Assembly (NCBI RefSeq): GCF_001194135.2 | Contig: NC_069004.1 | Span: forward strand, 17,446,131 to 17,478,211 | Direction: 5' to 3' | DNA from: Octopus bimaculoides | Taxonomy: Eukaryota | DNA length: 32,081 bases | Part shown: in pieces, positions 9,475 to 19,444 of the stretch | Layout of the letters: every line of letters begins with the position of its first letter | How positions within the stretch are numbered: the stretch's first letter is position 1 | Program-made: the position numbers and the translations under genes | Notes under the pieces: generated by a model | The model's database searches: none | Told to the model about the DNA's origin: nothing | Seen by the model: the letters and a program-made list of their open reading frames with translations, nothing else

Positions 9475-11505
9475 TATCAGACTGAAAAACACTGCCTGCC
9501 CTTCTGGCCAAAGGAAGATGGGCAAAACAATCTTCACAAAAGACTCAGCCAATAGCTAGATCAGTCTTACAAGTGACAGTAGCTATTCGACATAAACCTG
9601 CAAGTTAGCAATACTCAGGCAGTGGACAACTGCATGCAGAACAGTTTTGTTGCTTTGCACACATCTCACGCAGGCCTGGTTGATGACATTTCTATGACTG
9701 TAGAGTTTATCTCAAATTGACAAGGTTCCTCACCCTGCAGTAGTACTATCAGATCAGAGGTGTCTGGAAATTATCCATTATTGGTGGCCCAAAAGCTGTG
9801 CAGAATAGATCAGCCAGTTGGTTCTCATCGACACCCAGAGACTCCCCAAGAACATCGCTTTTGCCTACCATCAACTCATTCTAGATTGTCAAAAGCTGTG
9901 AGCACCTGATGACACTTTAAGTATCAGGCATCCTACTTGTTCCAGACTGCAGCTCAGTCAAAGAGACAAGCCGCACAAAAGCAAGTCTCACAAAAGCTGA
10001 CTACACCTACCCACCAACATGGAAACATTGGAGATATCGTAGCCTAAGAACATGTCTGTGCATCATCAGCCATGGTGTGCCCAGTCCTCCACTCAGCTGG
10101 TGTCGAGAACAAACAAAACTCCTGACCAGTGTAATGCACCCCTTTCAAAGAATACAGGAAGTGGCTGTTCAAGTCTGGTGAAACATGAATTGAGACAAAG
10201 TTTGACGATCAAGCAGTGATATATGATGGAGGCAATGTAGGTGTTCATCACCTCCACCTGACCTTTAAGGGATAGCTTTCTCTCTGTCTATTTCTGGGTG
10301 AAATTGATTACTATGATCATGATCCTCACATCATTCCAGTTCTTCTCTAATTAGATCCGAGAAATTTAACTGGTCTGTCCATCCAGCGGCCCATGACAAT
10401 TAACTGGTCTGTCCATCCAGCGGCCCATGACAATTAACTGGTNNNNNNNNNNNNNNNNNNNNNNNNNNNNNNNNNNNNNNNNNNNNNNNNNNNNNNNNNN
10501 NNNNNNNNNNNNNNNNNNNNNNNNNNNNNNNNNNNNNNNNNNNNNNNNNNNNNNNNNNNNNNNNNNNNNNNNNNNNNNNNNNNNNNNNNNNNNNNNNNNN
10601 NNNNNNNNNNNNNNNNNNNNNNNNNNNNNNNNNNNNNNNNNNNNNNNNNNNNNNNNNNNNNNNNNNNNNNNNNNNNNNNNNNNNNNNNNNNNNNNNNNNN
10701 NNNNNNNNNNNNNNCTGTCCATCCAGCGGCCCATGACAACTAACTGGTCTGTCCATCCAGCAGCCCATGACAACTAACTGGTCTGTCCATCCGGTGGCCC
10801 ATGACAACTAACTGGTCTGTCCATCCAGCGGCCCATGACAACTAACTGGTCTGTCCATCCAGCAGCCCATGACAATTAACTGGTCTGTCCATCCAGCGGC
10901 CCATGACAATTAACTGGTCTGTTCATCCAGCAAACCATGACATTGTTGGGCAACGTATACCTGTTTGTTCAGGTACCAAACTACAGGTTCACTAACCTTT
11001 GCTAAAGTGTGTTTGACAACACCTCATAGTCTCTTAGTACAGATCACCTGGATGTGTCTGGTGTCCAACACTATTACGATGATATCCTCGTATCCTTCCA
11101 TGGTTCTTCTACATCGTAGCTTGCGCAGGATGTCTTTCAAGGTCTATGGTTTCGTTAGTAGTGGCTCAAGAGAAACAAGAGAAGACAACCTTAAAAGATT
11201 GAGAGCATAATACTGAACGATGCCGAGAAGTGACTATTCACCTTAACTCCCGAGAAGATGTCGTTGTACATTGCGGCAATCCAACTGCCAAAGATGGGAC
11301 TGAAACCAGCCGCAGTGAGGACAGCTACCAAGGGCCCTATCCATGGCAGGCTCCTTATTCACTCTATTGCATAAGGCAGAGGTTATCATGGATGGATATG
11401 TTCGGGATGATCCTCGTTTGCTCATCACCAATTAGACTATTGAATACAAGAGCCAACCTTCTTTGCTAACTCCTTGGCCAAAACTTTGAAACTTTCATTT
11501 GACAG
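9475..11505 (-). mobile_element. L1/Tx1-like LINE ORF2 remnant (RT to C-terminal CCHC knuckle), interrupted by a 34-bp array
   Basis: FKVLAKEL, GDEQTRIIPNISIHDNLCLM, SIF*GC (QGCP motif), YEDIIVIV (YADD region), LEKNWNDV, KLSLKGQVEV, GGLGTPWL, DNFQ, CVRCVQSNKTVLHAVVHC. Many stops and frameshifts. Confidence 0.88.
10368..10945. repeat. 34-bp minisatellite AACTGGTCTGTCCATCCAGCGGCCCATGACAA(T/C)T, 17 units including the N-gap
   Basis: Unit starts at 10368, 10402, 10436 ... 10912; phase is conserved across the 272-N gap. No spacers. Confidence 0.95.
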
Positions 11506-11524
11506 AGTCATGAGCTGAAAATTA

Positions 11525-11680
11525 TCAATGTGATCACCCTTGTGATCGTGGTGGTGGTGGTGATAGTGGTGGCAATGATGATGGTGGTGACAGTGGCAGT
11601 TGTGATGATAGTGGTGGTGGTGGTGGTGGTGGTGCTGCTGCTGCTGATGATGATGATGACAATGACGATGATGATTGCAT
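11525..11680. repeat. Compound (GGT)n/(GCT)n/(GAT)n trinucleotide tract
   Basis: Direct reading. Confidence 0.9.
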
Positions 11681-11794
11681 AAAAGCTAATATTTTCGGTC
11701 AAGGAATTATTGTCACAACTCATCTTCAAATACACAGCGCCATATTGCTCTAATGGAGTCAATTACTTCATTAGATAATGAGGAGATTATCCTA

Positions 11795-11980
11795 GCAGTG
11801 GATTAACAGAATCAAAAGTCAGAAAAGAAATGTTTTGTGGCATTTGTTCCATCCCTTTGTGCACCGAATTCGAATCCTGCCGAGTCCAACTCTACACTTC
11901 ATCCTTCTGAAGGTTCATCCATGATATAAAGTACCAGTCACATACTAGGGGTAAGTGTAGTTCGCACACCTCTCCCATTT
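11795..11980 (+). mobile_element. SINE family B (highly decayed)
   Basis: GAATTCGAATCCTGCCGAG, CACTTCATCCTTCTG and ATAAAGTACCAGTCACATACTAGGGG occur in family order. Confidence 0.5.
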
Positions 11981-12284
11981 GTAATTTGATTCTCTGTTGG
12001 AACGGTGATTCTTTAGAATAATATCTTTCTTGCTGATCATTCACTTTAAAAAAAAAAAAAATCTATCCTGCAAACCGCAAAATATTCAAATTTTACCAGT
12101 TCAAACCTCCAGCGAATGGTTCCAATTATTTAACAATTATTTGAATTCCAGTTAATTAAATGGAAGGAAGTAAGGGTTATTATGCAAGAGACGTCATTCT
12201 CTAATATTTAGTAATTAGAGCTTGATCGTTTCTTCAGAAGGGTGTGGGTTACATGGCGACTGTATGGTTTATTTGCTTGATACC

Positions 12285-12535
12285 GTGTATGTATGTATGT
12301 GTGTGTGTGTGTGTGTGTATGTTTGTATGTATATATGTATTTTTGTATATATGTATTTTTGTATGTGTGTACTTGTTTATCTGCGTGTATCTATATGCAT
12401 GTGTATGCATGTATATATGTATACGTGCATATGTATGCATGTGTGTGCGTAATGTATGTATATATGTATGTATCTGTATATGTATGCATTTATGTGTATA
12501 TATGAAGGATGTACTTTAGTGTGTGTATGCATGTA
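12285..12535. repeat. Degenerate (TATG)/(TG)n microsatellite field
   Basis: Direct reading. Confidence 0.9.
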
Positions 12536-12571
12536 TTAACGAATATGTGGGTGTTTATATAAAATATGTAG

Positions 12572-12606
<35 letters not shown>

Positions 12607-12608
<2 letters not shown>

Positions 12609-14430
12609 GATGATTGCTTCATCTTGACAGATGATAGCTGTCCCATCAACACACACATGACACCCCATCACACAGTACAATCACTCCGTTGATGAGCCCT
12701 TAGATAACTTTTAAGAACAGCTGCTGACTGACAAGGTTTAAAACACATGGGACAGATATTCAAGTTTCTTCTACATCTTTGCCCTTTGGAATCTAATTCT
12801 GAAAGAATGTTTTTGTGAACTAGCATATGTCTTTTATTGTCGTACAAGTTTTGTGACATATCACACAAATCGTAAGAGGTGGTTGATGTCCAAGATTATT
12901 ACCTATCTAGGCATTTTTATTTTCATGTGACTTCATATGATTCACATATTCTGCTTTTGACAACAGAACACAATCACATAATACATATCTAATGTTCACT
13001 GTCGATTACAATTCCAATTGTTCCTTTGCGACAGGCTGCAATAGACTATAGAAACTTTTAATGTATTTCCTGTTGCCTGTACTTCCTCAGACAAATTTCA
13101 TCACCGAGTGTCTTTAAGCCCCCTGAGTTCTTTTTGCAAGTCTGCTTTCTGAGAGTACAACTTTTCTAGTTGCACTTTGTTCTTAATGCTTGGGTCAAGA
13201 AGCTTTTCATGAGTGGGCCTCTTTGTTGCTAAAAGCACATTCCAAGCACCATAGTTTCTACCAACACATGCATTAAAGTCACCAAGCACAATCAATTTCT
13301 CATTCAAAGGGACTGACAGAATACTTCTAAGCTCCTCATAAAATGCATGTATATTTTCCTCACTTCCTGAAAGTGCAGGAGCATAAATAGAGAAAACAGT
13401 TGCAAAACATCCACAAGAAAGAGGGATCCAAAGTTTCATTATGCATTTATTTATGCTTTGTGGTTCTTCTAGGCCTTTTAGCAAATCACTTCTAATTGCA
13501 AACCCAACAACACCTTCCCTTTTCTCTCCCTTTTGCTTCCCAACCCAGAATAATGCGAAACCTGCCACCCTTTCGACAAGATGATCTTCATCTGAACATC
13601 TTGTTTCAGAAAGAGCTGCAACATTAAGATGCCTTAGTTTCTTAGTTACTAGAGCTGTTCTTCTTTCAGGCCTATATGCTCGATCTAAAAGGGTTCTCAC
13701 ATTCCAGCAGACCAGGTTAAGAGAAACCTTATTCATTGCATACTTGCTATCATTGTTTATATCAATTCTTTGTTCGTTCCTGCTAAATTGAACCAACCTT
13801 AACTGCAGTAAACTAACCAGCAGAGAAAGGACAATTTTTAGAGCTCCTTTCTCGCACCTTCCCAGTATACCCAAGTGAGCAGTGCTCTCCTTAAAAGGGC
13901 TGCTCAGGCACAGGATTCTCCACCAAAAACAATTCCTGCTCATGAAAACATGTTAGCAATGTTAAGATAAGATAAGAACCCTGCCACCTTACGTGCAGAT
14001 TTGTAACTGTATGCTTCCAACCGGTCAAGTCTGCATATGTTGCCATGCCTCTATCACCAGAGGACTTTTGAAAAGTAATGATTGTACAATGATGGAGTTT
14101 TGTCGGGGATATCTGTACTTCATTGGATTTCAGTGGCAAACACTTGTACAACACTTTTGCCACTCTCTGGGTCAAAATAGTAGATTCCAGTGACAAGCAA
14201 AGCAAGATGACTAGTACTAAATTGACTGCAGCTTTTATATCGGAGTACCTTCTAGGCTTTTCTTCAAAAGAATTCTACAAGCCAGCAGTGGTAAGTCAAT
14301 TTGAATTTAGAGCTTTATTCTCCTATACTGGTTGTCCTAATCACGGCTTCATTTCAAAACAAGAGCCCAGTCTTCCACCATCAACAGTCATGGCTTTGAT
14401 AGTGCAGCCAATTAAGCAGCTCTCATTACC
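12607..14430 (-). mobile_element. RTE-clade LINE derivative: 5' UTR, endonuclease, linker, (RT deleted), three C2H2 fingers, 3' end at (TA)n
   Basis: EN from ATG ~13736: LVCWNVRTL, VAALSETR, GVVGFAI, SIYAP, LIVLGDFNACVG. The linker KADLQKELRGLKDT joins directly to the zinc fingers at 12690-12990. Upstream RTE-type 5' motif GGACAACCAGTATAGGAGAATAAAGCTCT near 14330. The 5' limit is approximate. Confidence 0.85.
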
Positions 14431-14627
14431 ATGACCTGAATTCTTTTAACATATTTTTCTTTTTTTATATATTTATATATCTTTTTTTATTTTTATTTAT
14501 ATTCTTAATTTTGAATTGATTTATTTATCTATGTATTTATTTATTTTTATTAAAAATCATTTTTAAATTGTAAAAATTTNNNNNNNNNNNNNNNNNNNNN
14601 NNNNNNNNNNNNNNNNNNNNNNNNNNN

Positions 14628-14960
14628 CTCGGGAGACAATGGAGTTGCACATAAAATAATCCTCTCCAGTTTTGTGCAGGCCTGGGCTAGATGTAAGAAA
14701 ATCCTGGGTAGCCCAATCGTCAGGGTTCCTCTCTCAACCTTGCTGATGTAGTCCAAAGGAGTGCGGAGCATAACGTTTGGCACCAGCTTGGTTGCAGGAG
14801 CTGCCGGAAGAGTGTCGAGTCAAACATGAAACCACCTACGGGGCTTCACTCTGGATTTCTTTGAAGGTTGTCTCCTTTCCGTAACCCTGGATAGGGGCCC
14901 ATACCGGGTACTGTCAGCCGGAGCCAGCTGAACCCAGAACTCATGTCCGGCAGGGTTGTC
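14628..14960 (-). mobile_element. Probable 5' UTR fragment of a second RTE-type LINE
   Basis: GC-rich block containing CAACCTTGCTGATGTAGTCCAAAGG...ACGTTTGGCACCAGC, which I recall as the antisense of RTE-type 5' UTRs. No coding motif; abuts an N-gap. Confidence 0.45.
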
Positions 14961-15009
14961 ACTCCCTGAAGTAGTGAAGAAAATCACTACCCACTACCTA
15001 ATATATCCA

Positions 15010-15039
15010 TATACATACATACATACATACATACATACA

Positions 15040-15068
<29 letters not shown>
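15010..15068. repeat. (CATA)n microsatellite
   Basis: Direct reading; opposite-sense (GTAT)n tracts at 15628-15665 and 15984-16045. Confidence 0.95.
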
Positions 15069-15072
<4 letters not shown>

Positions 15073-15627
15073 GTGCTAAATTTTTGGAAAGTTTTACATA
15101 TCTTTACAGTTCCATTGATGGCTTGAATCTGTAGTCGTCTAATCAGCCTTTTTCTTTCAGGTTTTGAGAACCCTAATTTTTCCAGGTTTTTGTTGAGGCA
15201 GTTCATTACATATCCCAATGCCCCAACAATCACGGGTATGAATCTGAACTTGTAGTCTCGGTGGAGTATCTGTAAATTTCTCAGTAGCTCGGAGTAGTTG
15301 TCCTCTTTTTGTCTAATTTTTAGTGGGATGTTGACATCCGCAGGACAGCTGATTTCTACTACTGTACAGAGTTTCTCTTCTCTGTCCCAGATTACTATAT
15401 CCGGTCTATTATGTCTGCACTTTATTGAGGTTTTTATTGGGACATTCCACCAATACTCTTTCATATTGTGAGTGGTAATGGCCTCTACCTCATTATGGGT
15501 TTTCATCTCCTTAGCCCCGGGGTTATCCTGTCGGCAGATTTCATTGTACAGTGTCTTGGCCACAACATCATGTCTCATACGTAAGTAATACCGTGATGAC
15601 ATTTTTGGACAGCTGCTAATGATGTGG
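15069..15627 (-). mobile_element. 5'-truncated R4/Dong-like non-LTR retrotransposon (restriction-like endonuclease domain), frame intact
   Basis: HIISSC (end of CCHC knuckle), RHDVVAK, RPDIVIWD...VVEISCP...KEDNY (PD-(D/E)xK type), IPVIVGALG; ~185 codons without a stop. Confidence 0.9.
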
Positions 15628-15753
15628 GTATGTATGTATGTATGTATGTAAGTGTATATGTATGTAAAGAACAAAAAGTTTAGAATGGTACCACAATGCA
15701 CTATAGAACAAAAATGGACTATATACCTGTTGTAATTTGGTTATCTATAGTCC

Positions 15754-15789
15754 GATGATATTTCGGAATTACAATTCCTTCTTCAGATC
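15754..15789 (-). ncRNA. Minimal type-I hammerhead ribozyme motif, identical mirror copy
   Basis: Reverse complement is identical to 15819-15854. Confidence 0.8.
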
Positions 15790-15818
15790 TTCTTAGCTGG
15801 AGAGATTCTAGCTAAGAA

Positions 15819-15854
15819 GATCTGAAGAAGGAATTGTAATTCCGAAATATCATC
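15819..15854 (+). ncRNA. Minimal type-I hammerhead ribozyme motif (core intact)
   Basis: GAT-CTGAAGA-A-GGAAT TGTA ATTCC-GAA-ATAT-C-ATC. Stem I GAT/ATC, CUGANGA core, 5-bp stem II, GAAA, palindromic stem III ATAT, NUH = AUC. Predicted cut after 15851. Confidence 0.8.
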
Positions 15855-16064
15855 AGACTATAGATAACCAAATTACAACAGGTATATAGTCCATTTTTGT
15901 TCTATAATGCATTGTGGTACCATTCTAAACTTTTATTCTTTACAAACAATACACAATGCTTCAAGCGAACTACAATATTCTCCTATGTATGTATGTATGT
16001 ATGCATGTATGTATGTATGTATGTATGTACGTATGTATGTATGCATGTACGTGTTAAGTATGTA

Positions 16065-16235
16065 GCCATGTGGGAAGACAAATGAAGGCATAATGTTGCC
16101 ATCACTAGAGATCGCTCCAAAGAACATGATTTTGACTGGATGTTTGATTTTTATCACTCTCAGATTGACACCCAAACACTCTGAAATGTCCGAATTAGAG
16201 CTTCTGGCGCGAATGCCAAGCAGTGCAGCATGTCG
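16065..16235 (-). mobile_element. Internally deleted Tc1/mariner (maT-like) transposase scrap
   Basis: RHAALLGIRARSSNSDISECLGVNLR (N-terminal HTH-like) fused to KHPVKIMFFGAISSDGNIMPSFVFPHG (catalytic-domain segment); microsatellites on both sides. Confidence 0.65.
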
Positions 16236-16246
16236 TGTGTGTGTGT

Positions 16247-16281
<35 letters not shown>

Positions 16282-16454
16282 ATGTATATGTTACAATTTC
16301 AGCTGATAGCACTGTAATATACCAGCTCCACTATTTGATTCTAAAAATAGGAGATGCTGGTAAAAAACCCAAACTGGCATTCTATCTTCAATTCAGTTTT
16401 TGTGCCCATCTTCACCTATGGTCATAAATGTTGGGCAATGATTAAAAAAGTATG

Positions 16455-16770
16455 ATCGTTGATAATAGAAATGGCCAAACGGGGTTCCTTTGGAGGATCT
16501 TTGGAGTAACATCATTTGACAGGGTGCATTGTTTAGGGATCAGGGAGTCTCCAGGTCGAGCAGCTATGTCACTGCATTGACATGCAATTAGAATGTTGCA
16601 GAAAAGAATCACATGATGGATTCTTCAAGCTGAGCCAATTGGGAGGAGACCTAGGGATAGACCAAGATGGTTGGATAATATCCATAGTCTCAGTTGGCCA
16701 TGCTTGGGAATCCTGCCAGAAAGTCTAATGACAGTTGCTTCTGACAGAACCCTATGGACGAGATGCTTTT
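16455..16770 (+). mobile_element. RTE-like LINE 3' coding remnant
   Basis: GFLWRIFGVTSFDRV...WILQAEPIGRRPRDRP.RWLDNI...VASDRTLW, matching the GRPR..W C-terminus of RTE-type ORFs. Confidence 0.7.
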
Positions 16771-16896
16771 CACTCATATCCTTCTTTCTTTTTTGCTATT
16801 GAAATCATCTGCTTTTATATTTTCTCATTCTCAACATCTCTGTGCCTTACTTCATATCTTACATGAATCTCTCTCTCTCTACCGTCTCTCTATGTT

Positions 16897-17132
16897 TCTT
16901 ATTTCTTTATTGCCCACAAGGGGCTAAACATAGAGGGGACAAACAAGGACAGACAAACGGATTAAGTCGATTACATCGACCCCAGTGCGTAACTGGTACT
17001 TTATTTATCAACCCCGAAAGGATGAAAGGCAAAGTCGACATCAGCAGAATTTGAACTTAGAACGTAGCGGCAGACGAAATACCGCTAAGCATTTCGCCCG
17101 GCGTGCTAATGTTTCTGCTAGCTCGCCGCCTT
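16897..17132 (-). mobile_element. SINE family B (young, full length)
   Basis: Plus strand reads TTATTTCTTTATTGCCCACAAGGGG (tail) to GCTAGCTCGCCGCC (head). Confidence 0.92.
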
Positions 17133-17135
17133 ATC

Positions 17136-17227
17136 ATCAACCCCAGTGCGTAACTGGTACTTAATTTATCGACTCCGAAAGGATGAAAGGCAAAGTCAAC
17201 CTCGGCGGAATGTGAACTCAGAACGTA
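17136..17227 (-). mobile_element. SINE family B partial copy running into the N-gap
   Basis: Repeats ACCCCAGTGCGTAACTGGTAC...GAACTCAGAACGTA of the adjacent copy. Confidence 0.85.
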
Positions 17228-18264
17228 NNNNNNNNNNNNNNNNNNNNNNNNNNNNNNNNNNNNNNNNNNNNNNNNNNNNNNNNNNNNNNNNNNNNNNNNN
17301 NNNNNNNNNNNNNNNNNNNNNNNNNNNNNNNNNNNNNNNNNNNNNNNNNNNNNNNNNNNNNNNNNNNNNNNNNNNNNNNNNNNNNNNNNNNNNNNNNNNN
17401 NNNNNNNNNNNNNNNNNNNNNNNNNNNNNNNNNNNNNNNNNNNNNNNNNNNNNNNNNNNNNNNNNNNNNNNNNNNNNNNNNNNNNNNNNNNNNNNNNNNN
17501 NNNNNNNNNNNNNNNNNNNNNNNNNNNNNNNNNNNNNNNNNNNNNNNNNNNNNNNNNNNNNNNNNNNNNNNNNNNNNNNNNNNNNNNNNNNNNNNNNNNN
17601 NNNNNNNNNNNNNNNNNNNNNNNNNNNNNNNNNNNNNNNNNNNNNNNNNNNNNNNNNNNNNNNNNNNNNNNNNNNNNNNNNNNNNNNNNNNNNNNNNNNN
17701 NNNNNNNNNNNNNNNNNNNNNNNNNNNNNNNNNNNNNNNNNNNNNNNNNNNNNNNNNNNNNNNNNNNNNNNNNNNNNNNNNNNNNNNNNNNNNNNNNNNN
17801 NNNNNNNNNNNNNNNNNNNNNNNNNNNNNNNNNNNNNNNNNNNNNNNNNNNNNNNNNNNNNNNNNNNNNNNNNNNNNNNNNNNNNNNNNNNNNNNNNNNN
17901 NNNNNNNNNNNNNNNNNNNNNNNNNNNNNNNNNNNNNNNNNNNNNNNNNNNNNNNNNNNNNNNNNNNNNNNNNNNNNNNNNNNNNNNNNNNNNNNNNNNN
18001 NNNNNNNNNNNNNNNNNNNNNNNNNNNNNNNNNNNNNNNNNNNNNNNNNNNNNNNNNNNNNNNNNNNNNNNNNNNNNNNNNNNNNNNNNNNNNNNNNNNN
18101 NNNNNNNNNNNNNNNNNNNNNNNNNNNNNNNNNNNNNNNNNNGTTCATTTAATTAATCAAAAATATGTTAATAACTGCTATATTTTTCTGGCCCCATCCT
18201 AAAATTGTATCAACAAATGCAAGATACCAGCTTTTGTTTACCAGCTAATCAAATAAAAATCGAC

Positions 18265-18265
<1 letters not shown>

Positions 18266-18333
<68 letters not shown>

Positions 18334-18342
18334 ATGATGATG
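18266..18342. repeat. (CTA)n(CTG)n(ATG)n compound trinucleotide
   Basis: Direct reading. Confidence 0.95.
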
Positions 18343-18675
18343 AGAGAAATTCCTCAAAATGGGATGATCTCTGAAAGCTATTCATGGAATCCCCTCCCCC
18401 AAACCACAGTGATCTTGACCACTAAGGCAAGTGCCCTTTTGTAGTTGTGCTCCTCCAATCTTCATTCACATGCTCCAAATCAACCCATTCACTCAGACCA
18501 TGTTGGCTACTCTTGTCCACCTTTCAACAAATTTGCTGGGAGGCAGCACTTGCCTCTCTCTCTCTCTCTCTCCTACTTTTCTTTTCAAGTGATACTTGAA
18601 AAAAAGTTGGTGAGGACTTGCCCAAAGAAGGTGACTTCTGCCTTTTCCATATCATCCACCATACAACTTCTTTTG

Positions 18676-18827
18676 ACAAAGCCAGTGATTGTAGGAGCAC
18701 TTGGAATGATCAAAAAAGGAACTGAAAATTATTTAAGAATGATCCCTGTTTTACCATCCATACAGAAAGTGTAAAAGATTGTCTCAACTGGAATGTCACA
18801 CATATTGAAAAGAACATTGTTGCTGTG
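18676..18827 (+). mobile_element. 3' coding end of an RLE-type (R4/Dong-like) LINE, second family
   Basis: TKPVIVGALGMIKKGTENYLRMIP...*KIVSTGMSHILKRTL, fitting the PVIVGALG...QK..L.GT..IL C-terminal signature. Confidence 0.65.
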
Positions 18828-19046
18828 AATTTTCTTTCTCTTTTTCCCTTTATTTTCTTTGTATACATTTTTATTTTTTATTTTATCTCTCTCTCTTTCT
18901 TCCCCTTTTGCTCTATGACATGACTTTGCAAATGGACAATTTAGTGTGTTTATTTTAAAGACCTATCAATGCATACAGTGCATTTCTCTGTCCTAAGTGT
19001 CAGGAAGACACTTGGCAAGAAATGGAGACAGAATTGAAAGATGATG

Positions 19047-19110
<64 letters not shown>

Positions 19111-19136
19111 TGGTGATAATAACAATAATAATAATA
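19047..19136. repeat. (TAA)n microsatellite
   Basis: Direct reading. Confidence 0.97.
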
Positions 19137-19430
19137 TGGGTAATGAAGAGAGTAACTGTCATGTCAATAGTTGAAAGGACACTTGGAAGACTAGCAACCA
19201 GGTTTAAGAAATATGTCAGAGAAATTGGAATCGACAAGAGAGTAGAACATGTTCAAAAACTGCTCTTTTGGGGACAGTGAAGACCTTGAGATTGGTACTT
19301 GACATCTAAGCACCAAGTCTTATAACGGATGGAAAGAGACCCTGTGAAACGTTCGACAACAGGTTGTTGTCTGCTCTCACAGAATTAACCAGAACAAGTA
19401 AAATCAAGAGCTCTGAGAAGTAAAATTTAA
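19137..19430 (+). mobile_element. 3' end of a Dong-like RLE LINE next to (TAA)n, third family
   Basis: VTVMSIVERTLG...KYVREIGIDKRVEHVQK/TALLGTVKTLRLVL*, then a short 3' UTR ending AAAATTTAATAATAA. Confidence 0.7.
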
Positions 19431-19444
19431 TAATAAAACTAATA

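Larger units (their letters stand above)
15663..15944. repeat. Near-perfect palindrome (136/135-bp arms, 11-nt loop), probable PLE terminal-repeat fold-back
   Basis: Arm 15663-15798 is the reverse complement of 15810-15944, with about 3 substitutions and 1 indel; loop GGAGAGATTCT. Confidence 0.95.

Noticed and set aside
10368-10945. 34-bp repeats as a CRISPR array
   Set aside because: Units are contiguous with no spacers, there are no cas genes, the context is eukaryotic, and the unit derives from LINE ORF2.
12690-12990. Host C2H2 zinc-finger gene exon
   Set aside because: The linkers are not TGEKP-like, the fingers carry stops and frameshifts, and the block is contiguous with an RTE linker upstream and a retroposon-like 3' end downstream.
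17057-18156. Long ORFs spanning N-runs (also 10366-10807, 26981-27850, 29436-30271)
   Set aside because: They are artefacts of assembly gaps, which contain no stop codons.
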